Below, in pieces: positions 1 to 11,377 of a stretch of DNA of 64,000 nucleotides. The DNA is taken from positions 1,568,001 through 1,632,000 of the forward strand of contig OZ242260.1 in the NCBI GenBank assembly GCA_965207065.1. The letters run 5' to 3'. Positions within the stretch are counted from its first letter, which is position 1. Each line of letters begins with the position of its first letter. Under the pieces are notes generated by a model. It was not told where the DNA came from, did not search any database, and saw nothing but the letters and a program-made list of their open reading frames with translations. The position numbers were made by a program, and so were the translations under genes. Source of the DNA: a bacterium. Lineage in GTDB: Bacteria > UBA8248.

Positions 1-641
1 AGAAGTATTTCCGCCGCTACAAGAAGCTCAAGCGCCGCGCCTCTACCGGGCTGGTGCGTCTCCAGGAGATGGAAGAAGAGGAGCGATACATCGGCGCCCT
101 GGCTTTCGATCTCGAAACGGCGGATGCGGTCGAAGACGTCTTGAGCGTGGAAGAAGCGCTGGCCCAGTCGGGTTACGCAGGGCGTGGAGGCCGGAAGAAA
201 GAGAAAGACGCGCGCCCCAAGGGTAGGCAGGCGGCGCGCGCGAAACCCTACAGGCGGTTCGTCTCCCCCGAGGGCTGGGAGGTCATCGTCGGCAAGAACG
301 CCATGGGCAACGACGAGATATTGAGAAGCGTGGGCCGGGCGAGCGATACCTGGCTTCACGCGCGCGGGGTTCCGGGCAGCCACGTGCTCTTGCGACGTAC
401 GGGCGATGGACCGCCCCTGGAGCCCGACGCGGAATCTCTCGCCCAGGCGGCGGCGATCGCGGCCTATTTCAGCCGGGGACGGACGGATTCCAAGCTCACC
501 GTCGCCTATCTTCCCTTCTCGCGCTTGAGGAAGCCCAAGGGGCGGCGCCCCGGCCAGGTGCTGATCGGCGCGCACGAAACTGTCCTCGTCGACCCGGATG
601 TCGGGAAGCGGCTCAGCGAGGATTGGGAGGAGGTTTTGTGA
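1..641 (+). CDS. NFACT family (FbpA/Rqc2/RqcH) protein, C-terminal part; 5' end lies outside the window
   Basis: Open frame from window start (KYFRRYKKLKRR coiled coil); NFACT-R motifs VGKNAMGND, WLHARGVPGSHV, AAAIAAYFS. Confidence 0.85.
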   Translation, partial: KYFRRYKKLKRRASTGLVRLQEMEEEERYIGALAFDLETADAVEDVLSVEEALAQSGYAGRGGRKKEKDARPKGRQAARAKPYRRFVSPEGWEVIVGKNAMGNDEILRSVGRASDTWLHARGVPGSHVLLRRTGDGPPLEPDAESLAQAAAIAAYFSRGRTDSKLTVAYLPFSRLRKPKGRRPGQVLIGAHETVLVDPDVGKRLSEDWEEVL

Positions 642-651
642 TATCAATCGC

Positions 652-722
652 GACTGATGAAGGAGCGATTGACAAGACTGATGAAGGAGCGATTGACAAG
701 ACTGATGAAGGAGCGATTGACA
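652..722. repeat. 24-bp tandem repeat, 3 copies
   Basis: GACTGATGAAGGAGCGATTGACAA starting at 652, 676 and 700 (last copy 23 bp). Confidence 0.95.
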
Positions 723-749
723 CCCTCATCACGGTAGAGACCAGAGAGT

Positions 750-819
750 GTAGGGGACGCATATATGCGTCCCTGCTTTTTCGCCGACATAATGCGGGTC
801 GCATGTATGCGACCCCTAC
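750..819. repeat. GTAG-type REP doublet (inverted pair)
   Basis: GTAGGGGACGCATATATGCGTCCCT followed by inverted GGGTCGCATGTATGCGACCCCTAC. Confidence 0.8.
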
Positions 820-917
820 AAGACAGGTAGGCAGGTGTTTACATATCTTGAAGGTCGGGCCTCTCCTTCGAGGAAGCCGATGACGAGCTAAAAAATCCCA
901 CGCATTCAGTCTCCCCC

Positions 918-1337
918 CTACTCCCCCTCCAGAATCCGCTTCAGATTCGCCAGTTCGCGTATGTTCCTGAGCGTGCCGTCGCGGTGTTTGGCCTGGTTCT
1001 CGTATTCGTCGCACTCGACGGTGTGGAGGATGTGGGTGTAGGGGCCTTCTTCCTCGAAGTAGTAGCTGATGATCATGACGGGTGTTTTCGAGTCGCCCTC
1101 GAAGTTGTGCCAGACGATCTTTTTGCCCGGCTCCCAGACCATCATCTCAGAAACGTGCTCGGACCCGCTCGTGTAGACCTGGTGAAAGCGCATACCCACC
1201 CCGCTTTTCTTCTCGGAAATGATTTTGACGCTCTGGCTGAAGTCCGCGATTTGCGGGTGCGTTTCCACATGGCCGATGAAGTTGAACACCTCTTCGGCGG
1301 AGGCCTGTATTTTCTCGATGACAGCCACGGGAGGCAT
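918..1337 (-). CDS. SRPBCC (START-like/polyketide cyclase) family protein
   Basis: 139 aa; IQASAEEVFNFI, GVGMRF and WEPGKKIVW pattern. Confidence 0.75.
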   Translation of the reverse strand: MPPVAVIEKIQASAEEVFNFIGHVETHPQIADFSQSVKIISEKKSGVGMRFHQVYTSGSEHVSEMMVWEPGKKIVWHNFEGDSKTPVMIISYYFEEEGPYTHILHTVECDEYENQAKHRDGTLRNIRELANLKRILEGE

Positions 1338-1349
1338 GCGTGTTCTCCT

Positions 1350-2513
1350 TTATAAGAATTTCGCCAGCACCTGGTTGGCGAGAAGGGTTCCCTTATCCGA
1401 CAGGCGAAGCCGGCCGTTCTCCCTGGCCAGGAGGCCGGAAGTCTCCAGTTCACGGAACAGTTCCCCGAACGCATCTTCGGGATCCGCGCCGCATTCTCGC
1501 GCGATGCGCATAAGCGAGACGCCCTCTTTCACCCGCAGGCCGAGCATCAGGGCCTCGCCGAGCGCTTTTTCAGGCTCATCCACGCGCTCTTTGCCGGCTG
1601 TGGGGTCGCTCGCGTTCTTCGCATATACGTCCGGCCGGGCGTGGTTCCAGAAGCGCTCCCCCTCCACCAGGGAATGCGCGCCCGCGCCCAGGCCGAGGTA
1701 ATCCCCCCTGCGCCAGTAGTTCAGGTTGTGCCGGCACGCGAAGCCGGGTTTTGCGAAGTTGCTGATCTCATAGCGCTCATAGCCTGCGGCGGACAGGGCC
1801 GAATCCCTGAGCTCCCACATGCGAAGCGCCGTATCCTCATCGGGGAGGCCGCTTAGTTCTCCCCGCGCCTGCTGCGCATGAAACGCCGTGCCCGGTTCGA
1901 TGGTCAGCTCATACGCGGAGAGGTGCTCGGGCCCCAGATCGAGGGCGCGCTCGATGTCGCGCGCGGCCATGTCTATCGTCTGAAACGGAATTCCGAACAT
2001 GAGGTCGAGCGAGACGTTGGTGAAGCCCGCCTCGCGAGCGGAGCGGAATGCGCGCTCAGCGTCATCGCCCGTATGGACCCGGTCGAGCCTCCCCAGCGCC
2101 TCGTCATCGAACGTCTGCACGCCGATGCTGATCCGGTTGACGCCGGCTTCTCTCAGCGCGCCGAAGCGCTCGGCCTCCGCCGCGCCCGGGTTCGCCTCGA
2201 GCGTGATCTCGCAATCAGGCGCGAGGTCGAACGATGCGGTGATGAAGTCCAGAACGCGCCTCGTTTCTTCCGCCGGGAAGAGCGAGGGCGTGCCCCCGCC
2301 GAAGAATATCGTGCCGACTTCCCGGCCATTCAGCGAGAACTGCTCCGCCCTGCTTTTCGTTTCCGCCATCAGCGCATCCCCGTAGCGGCGCGCCCAGTCC
2401 TCGCCCGCGTGGCCTTTTTCCAGGAGCGTATCCAGTGCGTAGGAGTTGAAATCGCAATACCCGCACTTGACGATGCAGAACGGAATATGGACGTAGAGCG
2501 ATAGCGGTTTCAT
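1350..2513 (-). CDS. hemW: Radical SAM heme chaperone HemW
   Basis: LYVHIPFCIVKCGYCDF (CxxxCxxC), FFGGGTPS, YEISNFAK, HNLNYW. Confidence 0.92.
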   Translation of the reverse strand: MKPLSLYVHIPFCIVKCGYCDFNSYALDTLLEKGHAGEDWARRYGDALMAETKSRAEQFSLNGREVGTIFFGGGTPSLFPAEETRRVLDFITASFDLAPDCEITLEANPGAAEAERFGALREAGVNRISIGVQTFDDEALGRLDRVHTGDDAERAFRSAREAGFTNVSLDLMFGIPFQTIDMAARDIERALDLGPEHLSAYELTIEPGTAFHAQQARGELSGLPDEDTALRMWELRDSALSAAGYERYEISNFAKPGFACRHNLNYWRRGDYLGLGAGAHSLVEGERFWNHARPDVYAKNASDPTAGKERVDEPEKALGEALMLGLRVKEGVSLMRIARECGADPEDAFGELFRELETSGLLARENGRLRLSDKGTLLANQVLAKFL

Positions 2514-2609
2514 GTCGTGGTCTTCTTGTCGGTGAAATTAGCAGCACCAAATCCATTTGGGATATGATACCCTTCCTTTCCATCAATTGGGAGATCAGGG
2601 GGAGCAGAG

Positions 2610-4172
<1,563 letters not shown>

Positions 4173-4209
4173 ATCGTTACTTGGGACATGAGGCGCAAGG
4201 AGAGATTTG

Positions 4210-4941
4210 ATGGACAGAGCGATTTGGGCGACGTGGTACGACCTGCCCGCCGAGGGGGCGAACGAGTACATCGCATGGCTGCACGAAGTGCATCTGCCCG
4301 AGATGCTGGAGCGATCCGGCTACCTCTGGGCGGCGCACGTGGACAACGACAAGAGCGAGGAGCGCAGGCAAAACGTGAACCGGCGCCTCACGCACACCGA
4401 CGACCCCTCCGTGCCCACGGGCAACGGGTATCTCATGCTCTTCGGCGCCGAGAGCGTCCACACGTTCCTGAATCCCTCTCCTGCGCAGTTGGCCGAAAAA
4501 TGGGGGCCGGATGAGCGCGAGATGCTGGGGATGCGCGCAGGCGTGCGCGAGTGCGTTTTCGTGGAGACGGGCCGGATCGACGGTCCCGAGATAGCGCAGC
4601 GCGCCCCGGGCATCACGCCGGGCCCCAGGGTCCAGATGGGGAGCTTCAACAGCAACGCGCTCGAGAACGAGGAGGGCATGGGCGCGTGGTACGTGCAGCT
4701 TCGCTTTCCGCGCATGCAGACCCTGGAGGGCTGCGTGGGCATGCGCAAGCTGGTTTCCGTTAGCGGGTGGGCCAAGCACGCCGTGCTCTATGAGTTCGAC
4801 CTGAACACATCCGTCGAGCATTATTTCCAGAAAGAACTCGAGAGCGAGGACTGGTCGCGCGAGATGGTGGGCAGCCTCGTTCACGCGCCCGGCTCCCCGA
4901 GCACCGGAAAGCGCATCTGGCCGCCGGTCGATTCGCCTTGA
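4210..4941 (+). CDS. Hypothetical protein, probably a duplicated dimeric alpha-beta barrel (EthD/DUF4286-like)
   Basis: Two related halves, EYIAWLHEVHLPEML and MGAWYVQLRFPRM; host-like codon usage. Confidence 0.6.
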   Translation: MDRAIWATWYDLPAEGANEYIAWLHEVHLPEMLERSGYLWAAHVDNDKSEERRQNVNRRLTHTDDPSVPTGNGYLMLFGAESVHTFLNPSPAQLAEKWGPDEREMLGMRAGVRECVFVETGRIDGPEIAQRAPGITPGPRVQMGSFNSNALENEEGMGAWYVQLRFPRMQTLEGCVGMRKLVSVSGWAKHAVLYEFDLNTSVEHYFQKELESEDWSREMVGSLVHAPGSPSTGKRIWPPVDSP

Positions 4942-5029
4942 GGGCGCAACCGCCTTCCTCGCCCTGTGTCGTCCTGGAGCTCCCCCTTTTCCCACATCCC
5001 GGGTAAACGCTCCGCTCGACTGGAAAACC

Positions 5030-5350
5030 AACCCCCCCTACCCCCCTTGTCAGGGGTCAAACGCGAGTGAGGAACGAGCGTTTGCATAAGCCATTCACGA
5101 GAAACACATCGGCTCGCAAAACCTCCCTCTTCGGTCGGTTTTGACCCTGACTAGGGGGGGTAGGGGGGGTTGCTCTCTCGACAATGGCTTTTTCAATACC
5201 TCCTTCAAGAGGGGAGTGATTCTCGCTTTTGCTCGCATTGCCGCCAGGTTTTCCAAGGAGGATCGATCCGATCCGCTAGGGGTTTTTCAACAGCCCTCCT
5301 CGGTCGGGTTTCAAATTCACTCCTCCCTTGAGGGGGCTGTTGAAAAAGCC
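5030..5350. repeat. Cluster of intergenic palindromic/MITE-like repeats
   Basis: CCCCCCTACCCCCCTTGTCAGGGG with inverted copy, CACTCCTCCCTTGAGGGGG and GGCTGTTGAAAAA/TTTTTCAACAGCC motifs, which recur at 10.6, 15.2, 40.8, 55.7-56.2 and 60.9-61.4 kb. Confidence 0.75.
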
Positions 5351-5378
5351 GTATGGGCAGTCTGTAAGTAGATGGCTT

Positions 5379-5498
5379 GTAGGGACAGGCCCCCGTGCCT
5401 GTCCGAGGTCAATTCGTTGCCACCGCGCTTATCCCTGCAAAGCGCAACCACGGGGATGGATAGATCTGATACGGGCGGCCACAGGGGGCCGCCCCTAC
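5379..5498. repeat. GTAG-type REP doublet
   Basis: GTAGGGACAGGCCCCCGTGCCTGTCC ... GGGCGGCCACAGGGGGCCGCCCCTAC; near-identical pair at 15400-15489. Confidence 0.85.
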
Positions 5499-5580
5499 GG
5501 GTGAATGCGGTTATTGGTCGTCATACCGGTGTCGGAGCTGATTGAGGAATGAGGTCAAACCCGACCGATGAGGGAGAGTT

Positions 5581-5614
5581 CGCCGGGGCCTCGCGCGAGG
5601 CCCCGGCGGTTTTT
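5581..5614. terminator. Intrinsic terminator hairpin downstream of tctC
   Basis: Palindrome CGCCGGGGCCTCGCGCGAGGCCCCGGCG next to a T-tract. Confidence 0.6.
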
Positions 5615-5625
5615 CTTGGTGAGGC

Positions 5626-6615
5626 CTATTTCTTCTTCACGCCGATGCTGGCGAAAATCTTCCCGAAACGATTATATTCATCCGCGAGGTCTTTTTTGAG
5701 CGCCTCGCCGTAGAGCGGCGTAGGCACTTCGCCCATTTTGCTGATGAGCCTGCGGTAGGACTTGTTCTTCAGCAGCTTTTTGAAGCCTTCCACGAGAAAA
5801 TCGACGCGGTCCTGCGGGAGACCCTTGGGCCCGATGTAGAAGCGCTTCGAAGCCAGTATGAAGTCCACCCCGTTTTCCTTCATGGTCGGAACCTTGGGGA
5901 ACAGTGGCACACGCTTCTCCGAGCAGACGCCCAGGATGTTCAACTGCCCGCGCTTGTAGCGTCCCAGCGTGCCGCCCGTTGCGGGAAGCGCGCCCGCGCT
6001 GTCCACGTGGCCGCCGAGCATGGCGCGGAAGGCGGGGCCGCCGCCCTTGAAGGGAATGTGGTTCAGCTTGATGCCCGTGTCGGCCATGATCTTGAGGATC
6101 ATCAGATGCCCCGTGCCGTAAACCCCCGAGGAGCCGTAGCTCACTTTCCCCGGGTTTTTCTTGGCCGCCGCTTCGAATTCCTTGAAATTCTTCCAGGGCT
6201 TCGACGCCGGGGAGACCATCATGTAGTCCGCCTTGTTGATCATGAAAATGGGCACGAAGTCCTTGAGCGGGTGGTAGCCCATGTTGCGCACGTGCGGGCC
6301 GATGGTGAGGTGGGAAGCGGAGGCCAGCATGATGGTGTGGCCGTCGGGCTTCGCGCGCTTGAGCGCCGTCATCCCGATCTTGCCGCCGCCGCCCGGCATG
6401 AGCTGCACGATCATCGGCTGGCCGAAATAGTCGTTGGCCACGCTCGCCACGGCGCGGGAGTTCATGTCGTGCGAGCCGCCCGCGCCCAGGGCCACGATAA
6501 CGCGGATGGGCTTCCACGGAAACTTTCTGGCGGCGTCGGCGGGCGTCGCGCTCGTGAGGAAAACGAGTGCGAGCGCAAGCGCGAGTCCTGCCGGTAGCAT
6601 TTTCGTGATTTTCAT
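5626..6615 (-). CDS. tctC: Tripartite tricarboxylate transporter substrate-binding protein (TctC/Bug)
   Basis: Start reassigned to MKITKML (signal peptide, RBS GGAG); PIRVIVALGAGG, PGGGG, KPDGHT, HIPFKGGG. Confidence 0.9.
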   Translation of the reverse strand: MKITKMLPAGLALALALVFLTSATPADAARKFPWKPIRVIVALGAGGSHDMNSRAVASVANDYFGQPMIVQLMPGGGGKIGMTALKRAKPDGHTIMLASASHLTIGPHVRNMGYHPLKDFVPIFMINKADYMMVSPASKPWKNFKEFEAAAKKNPGKVSYGSSGVYGTGHLMILKIMADTGIKLNHIPFKGGGPAFRAMLGGHVDSAGALPATGGTLGRYKRGQLNILGVCSEKRVPLFPKVPTMKENGVDFILASKRFYIGPKGLPQDRVDFLVEGFKKLLKNKSYRRLISKMGEVPTPLYGEALKKDLADEYNRFGKIFASIGVKKK

Positions 6616-6641
6616 GTCCGGTCTCCTTTTGGGGTAGGCAT

Positions 6642-8138
6642 CTATTCGCCCCCGGGCGTCGCCCAGGGCCGCTTCCAGATGCTCATGAAAAGAATCAGTG
6701 CGGCCAAGAGAATGAAGAACAGCGAAATCGGGCGCGTGAAGAACACCGAGTAATCGCCTTGCGAGAGCAGCAGGGCCTGCTTGAAGGAGCGCTCCGCCAT
6801 CGGCGTGATGATGTAGGCGATGACAAGCGGCGCGAGCGGGTAGTTCATCTTCCGGAGAAGGTAGCCGAACACGCCCGCGATGAGGGAGAGCTCCACGTCG
6901 CCCAGGTTGTTCTGGAAGATGTAGCCTCCCACCACGCAGAACATGATGATGCACGGCAGCAGCAGCGACTGCCGGATGGTGACCACCCAGGCGAATATGC
7001 CCGTGAGCAGCCAGCCCTGGACGAGCATGATGGGGTTTCCGATCAGGAGCAGGGCGAAGATGGCGTACATCGTCGTGGCGTTTTCCTCGAACAGGGACGG
7101 CCCGGGCCTTAAGCCCTGGGCGATGAACGCCCCCATCAGGATGGCCGCCGTCCCCCCGCCGGGGATGCCCAGCGTGAGGGTGGGGATCAGGTCCGCCCCC
7201 GCCACGGCGCTGTTGGCCGCCTCGGCCGCCGCCACGCCCTCGTAGCTGCCGTGGCCGAATTCCTCGGGTTTTTTGGAAGCCCGCTTCGCCGCGCCGTAGC
7301 CGATGAAGGTGGCGATGGAAGAGCCCGTCCCCGGAATCGCGCCGACGATGGTGCCGATGATGGAGGAGCGGAAGATCGTCCGGCCCGAAGCGGTGAACTC
7401 CTCCATCTTGAGCGAGCGCCCGCCCCTTAAGTGGGAGGTCGGCGGCTTTTCGGCGAGTTGGGATACCTTCTTCTCCACCTGGATGAGCACCTCGCTCACC
7501 GCGAACAGGCCGATGAGCAGGGGCACGAGGCCGATGCCGCCCTCGAGCGTGGGCAGGCTGAAGGTGAATCGCTCCGCCCCCGAGATGGCGTCCAGCCCCA
7601 CCAGGCCGAACATCAGCCCGATGAGGGCGGAGAGGATGCCCTTCGAGACCGATGCGCCGGTGACGCTCGATATGACGGTGAGTCCCATGACGAGCAGGCC
7701 GAAGAAATCCGCCGGCCCGAACTTGAGCGCCATCGCCGCGAGCGGGATGGCCGCGACGATGAGCGCGATGTCGCTGAACGTATCGCCCAGGGTGGAGGAG
7801 TAGAGCGCCATCTGGATCGCGCTTTTCGCCTCGCCCTTCTGGGCGAGGGGGTATCCGTCCAGGCAGGTGGCCGCCGCGGGCGGCGTTCCGGGCGTGTTGA
7901 CGAGGATCGCCGGAATCGAGCCGCCGAAGAGCGCGCCCTTGTGCACGCCCAAAAGGAAGGGGATGCCCAGCGTGGGCGCCATGAAGAAGGAAAACGGCAC
8001 GAGAATCGCCGTCGCCATCACGCCGGTGAGGCCTGGAATCGCGCCCACGGTTATCCCTGCGAAAACGCCTATCGCCACCATGCCAATCGCCTGGAAGGTG
8101 AACGCGATAGAGATGCCTTCGAGGATTTGTTCGATCAC
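6642..8138 (-). CDS. tctA: Tripartite tricarboxylate transporter large permease TctA
   Basis: GTG start overlapping tctB stop (GTGA); GAIPGL, GGSIPAILVNTPGTP, AAEAAN, PTLTLGIPG. Confidence 0.92.
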   Translation of the reverse strand: MIEQILEGISIAFTFQAIGMVAIGVFAGITVGAIPGLTGVMATAILVPFSFFMAPTLGIPFLLGVHKGALFGGSIPAILVNTPGTPPAAATCLDGYPLAQKGEAKSAIQMALYSSTLGDTFSDIALIVAAIPLAAMALKFGPADFFGLLVMGLTVISSVTGASVSKGILSALIGLMFGLVGLDAISGAERFTFSLPTLEGGIGLVPLLIGLFAVSEVLIQVEKKVSQLAEKPPTSHLRGGRSLKMEEFTASGRTIFRSSIIGTIVGAIPGTGSSIATFIGYGAAKRASKKPEEFGHGSYEGVAAAEAANSAVAGADLIPTLTLGIPGGGTAAILMGAFIAQGLRPGPSLFEENATTMYAIFALLLIGNPIMLVQGWLLTGIFAWVVTIRQSLLLPCIIMFCVVGGYIFQNNLGDVELSLIAGVFGYLLRKMNYPLAPLVIAYIITPMAERSFKQALLLSQGDYSVFFTRPISLFFILLAALILFMSIWKRPWATPGGE

Positions 8139-8611
8139 GGGAACAGGCTCCCCTCGGGCAGGACGACCTGGAAGCTGTACCAGAAGAAATACGTCAGGAA
8201 CAGCGGGAACAGGATGGCGGTCGATACGAGCAGGCGCCAGTCCCTGATGCCGAGCATGTAGATGATGGCGGCCATGAAAAACGGCGACGTGTAGGCGAAG
8301 CCCAGCAGCTTGAGCGCCTGCACGAAGAGGAATGTCAGGGCGAGGACGGCGCAGACCCGGGTGAGCGAGCCTTTCGCGTCGTCCCACAACCGCTCGCCCG
8401 ATAAATTCTTGAGCGCGGCGCCCATCATCAGCACGCAGGTGATGGCGAACAACACCATGGTGAACTGCGGGAAGAACTCGGGCCGCAGCACGGCGGGCGT
8501 GGACTCGTCGATGGGAATGGAGGAGACGATCTGGTACGGGATGAGATATGCGAAAGCGACTATCGTGAACACGAGAAAAACGACGCCCGTTATCAGATCG
8601 GCCTTGCGCAT
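8135..8611 (-). CDS. tctB: Tripartite tricarboxylate transporter small permease TctB
   Basis: 4-5 TM segments, PEFFP motif, C-terminal FQVVLPEG; in operon with tctA/tctC. Confidence 0.88.
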   Translation of the reverse strand: MRKADLITGVVFLVFTIVAFAYLIPYQIVSSIPIDESTPAVLRPEFFPQFTMVLFAITCVLMMGAALKNLSGERLWDDAKGSLTRVCAVLALTFLFVQALKLLGFAYTSPFFMAAIIYMLGIRDWRLLVSTAILFPLFLTYFFWYSFQVVLPEGSLFP

Positions 8612-8815
8612 ATCTGGTCCCGTTCTTTACGCGCCGACAGCTTTGGAAGCGCCCGGCGCTGCGGGAAACTGCTCATGGGTCGTTCGCGTTCGAGCGGCGC
8701 CCGCCTTCCGGTAGATTTTCTCTTTATGGGGAAATAATGTATCTTCATTGCTCGCTTCGCGCAATCGGGATGAGGGGGTCGGCTCCTTATCGGGTTGCGC
8801 CCGTGAGGAGGGGAT

Positions 8816-9253
8816 ATGTTCGAGACGACGCGCGGCGGCGTGGACGTGGGGCTTACCACGAGAAACATCGCCGCGATGAAGAAGTTCTACACCGAAGTGC
8901 TGGGGCTCGAGGAAGCGGCGGTGGTCGACGTGCCGGGCGATTTCGTGCGCGCGGCGGGCTTCGCCGGGGACGGCGTGAAGCTCCACGCCCTGAAATCGGG
9001 CGAGGTGCTCATCAAGCTGCTCGAATTCGCCGACCCGCCCGGCTCCTCGGATGCGCTTGCGGATTCGCTGTCCGGGTTTCGCTACCTCACCTTCTGGGTG
9101 AAGGACATGGAGGCCGCCGTGGCGCACCTGCGCGGCGCGGGCGTGGAACTGCTCTCGGATATCCTGTCCCGCGTTCCCGAGCGGAAGACGATTTTTTTCA
9201 AGGACCCCGACGGCAACCTGCTCGAACTCAACTGGGTGGACCCGGCGGTTTGA
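8816..9253 (+). CDS. VOC/glyoxalase family protein
   Basis: FYTEVLGL, FFKDPDGNLLEL. Confidence 0.85.
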   Translation: MFETTRGGVDVGLTTRNIAAMKKFYTEVLGLEEAAVVDVPGDFVRAAGFAGDGVKLHALKSGEVLIKLLEFADPPGSSDALADSLSGFRYLTFWVKDMEAAVAHLRGAGVELLSDILSRVPERKTIFFKDPDGNLLELNWVDPAV

Positions 9254-9307
9254 GGTAAAAGAAACGCACAGGCTTTTTTAATCCATACCGACAGGAGATG
9301 AAACAAG

Positions 9308-9691
9308 ATGAAACTGACTTTTGATCACATTCATTGCGTACACACCGACGTGGACGAGGCGGTGGCCTTCTACGTGAACGTTTTCGGGGCGACCGAGACC
9401 AACCGCATCGACAGGGGCGGCGCGCCGCAGGTCTATCTCGACGTGCACGGCGCGAGCATCATCATCCGAGGCAAGCGCGACGGCGAGGAACTGGCAGCGG
9501 GACCTGGCGGCTGGCCGCGCTACAGCATCGATCACTATGCGTACTGCGTGGAGGGCAAGCTCGCCGATGCGGTCGCCGAGGTCCGCGCGAACGGCGGGAA
9601 CGTCGTGGCCGAAGGCGAGGCGGACGAGCTCTATTTCGCCTACGTGGAAGGCCCCGACGGCGTCGTCGTCGAGATGATGGAGATGAAGTAG
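9308..9691 (+). CDS. VOC/glyoxalase family protein
   Basis: FDHIH, IDHYAY, YVEGPDGVVVE. Confidence 0.85.
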   Translation: MKLTFDHIHCVHTDVDEAVAFYVNVFGATETNRIDRGGAPQVYLDVHGASIIIRGKRDGEELAAGPGGWPRYSIDHYAYCVEGKLADAVAEVRANGGNVVAEGEADELYFAYVEGPDGVVVEMMEMK

Positions 9692-9720
9692 AAACGAGGC
9701 CTAAGCCAAAGGCATTGAAG

Positions 9721-10377
9721 ATGTTCCAGAGAATCTTTTTCGCGGCGATCGTCTCGGGCGTCATCGCGGGGCTTTTCGCCACCGCGGTGCAGTCGACTCA
9801 GGTCATTCCCTTGATAGTCGAGGCGGAAAAATACGAGCGGCGAGAACCTGTCCCTATCCCCCAAACCCACGAAGACAACGTGGATGAGGGAGGGGACTCC
9901 TCGCGTCTGGCGCTCACCCTGGTTTCGAACGTCGTATCGGCGATAGGCTTCGCTCTTTTGCTCGTCGGTTGTTTCGCCCTTCACGGAAACGTGGACTGGC
10001 GGCGGGGGATCCTCTGGGGAGCGGGCGGTTTCGTTGTTTTCTCTCTCGCACCCGCAGTGGGTTTGCCGCCCGAACTCCCAGGTGTCGACGCGGCCTCCCT
10101 GCCGCACAGACAGATTTGGTGGATTCTCACCGTGGCGGCCACGGCGGCGGGCCTCGCCCTGTTGGCCTTCAAGCCGGGAGCAGCCTTCAAGGCGCTGGGC
10201 GTCGTCCTCATCGTCTTGCCGCACCTCCTCGGCGCCTCACACCCCGAAGCGGGCGGCGGACCGGTTCCCCGGGCGCTTCTCGAGAGGTTCATCCTCACCG
10301 CGCTCATGGCTTCGGCCGCCTTCTGGGTCGTTCTGGGCCTTTGCGCGGGCTATTTCTTCAACCGTTTGAAGGGGTGA
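9721..10377 (+). CDS. cbtA: Cobalt transporter subunit CbtA family protein
   Basis: Start MFQRIFFAA; PLIVEAEKYE, APAVGLPPELPG, RQIWW, PHLLGA. Confidence 0.85.
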   Translation: MFQRIFFAAIVSGVIAGLFATAVQSTQVIPLIVEAEKYERREPVPIPQTHEDNVDEGGDSSRLALTLVSNVVSAIGFALLLVGCFALHGNVDWRRGILWGAGGFVVFSLAPAVGLPPELPGVDAASLPHRQIWWILTVAATAAGLALLAFKPGAAFKALGVVLIVLPHLLGASHPEAGGGPVPRALLERFILTALMASAAFWVVLGLCAGYFFNRLKG

Positions 10378-10869
10378 GGAAGGGGATTGTTGAACTCCCC
10401 CCTCGTTCGTGTTTGGCTCGTAGGGGCTGTTCGCGGACGGCCCTCCCCGGAGAAAGCGGGCGCTTCACGAATTCCCCCTCCACTCGGCTTGGACCCAAAA
10501 ACCATCGTTCCGGAGTCAGACCCGATCAATGCGGGCGGGTTCGGTCCCACCGGTGCGGCAGCGGGCTTCGCAGAACACCTGACGCCCTCATCCCGAGCAA
10601 CCCCCCCCTGCCCCCCCTTGTCAGGGGGTCTTTTTCAATAACCCCGGTGAGGAACGGTGTCGAGGATCTGCCGGGGTTGACGGTTCGGTGCCACGGTAAA
10701 TCTCTCGCCGTAACTTCGTCGTTCAGTGTATAAAACACGCCAAAAAGTCAGTGATTAGCGGCCAAATCACGATATATGGTTTTTTCTACGAATATTCCCC
10801 CAGGTTCTGACCCTGCCGGCAATTCCATAACCCATTGTAAAATATGCCGTTCGTGAATTCCTCCAGAAT

Positions 10870-10885
10870 TGGCGCATATTTTGCT
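10870..10885 (+). promoter_or_regulatory. Sigma54 -24/-12 promoter
   Basis: TGGCGC-ATATT-TTGCT, close to the TGGCAC-N5-TTGCW consensus, about 60 bp before an ATG. Confidence 0.75.
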
Positions 10886-10943
10886 TCAGAATGAGGGAAG
10901 AGCAGCTGCCTGGTTCCCGGAGTGAGCAGGAAAGGGGGATGAG

Positions 10944-11144
10944 ATGGAATTTCTAAGCAGCTATTTCATGGTGGCGCTTCCTGTATTCATCGCATTCGTC
11001 GCGATTTGGTGGTTCTTGACTATCTACGTTCTGGCGAGTTCCATCAGGAGCGCCTCCCGCGTCAATGATATCGAGACGCACCAAGCCGGACCGAAGCGAT
11101 CGAACGCCGACGCACGGCAGCCGAATTTACGCAAAGCCGCCTAG
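10944..11144 (+). CDS. Single-TM microprotein (66 aa) ending LRKAA
   Basis: Purine-rich RBS; paralog of 11557-11757. Confidence 0.75.
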   Translation: MEFLSSYFMVALPVFIAFVAIWWFLTIYVLASSIRSASRVNDIETHQAGPKRSNADARQPNLRKAA

Positions 11145-11377
11145 AAACATGGGTTGCACGTTCATGTAGCGAGTAGATAGAACCTGCGGTCGACAGGGGC
11201 GCCACCTTGGATGGCGCACAAGAAGCAATTGCCGTTTTGGGTTTGCCGCCCGAACGAACGGCCCCTCACAGTTTTGCTCTTGCCCTGTCTACTTTGGTGG
11301 CCCTTCTCTGTTTCGGGAAAGCCGCCAGGCTTGATTCGCCATATCGTTTCGGACAAAAAGTCAGCGATAATCAGTAA

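Noticed and set aside
652-722. CRISPR array or hammerhead ribozyme (CTGATGA in each unit)
   Set aside because: Units are contiguous without spacers, no cas genes are present, and no GAAA core partner is seen.
1350-2513. HemN coproporphyrinogen dehydrogenase
   Set aside because: Short N-terminus and HNxxYW motif indicate HemW.
9334-9720. N-terminal extension of CbtA (and similar extensions of tctC, tctA, DUF983, ctaC)
   Set aside because: Overlaps real neighbouring genes or promoters; internal starts fit the family N-termini.
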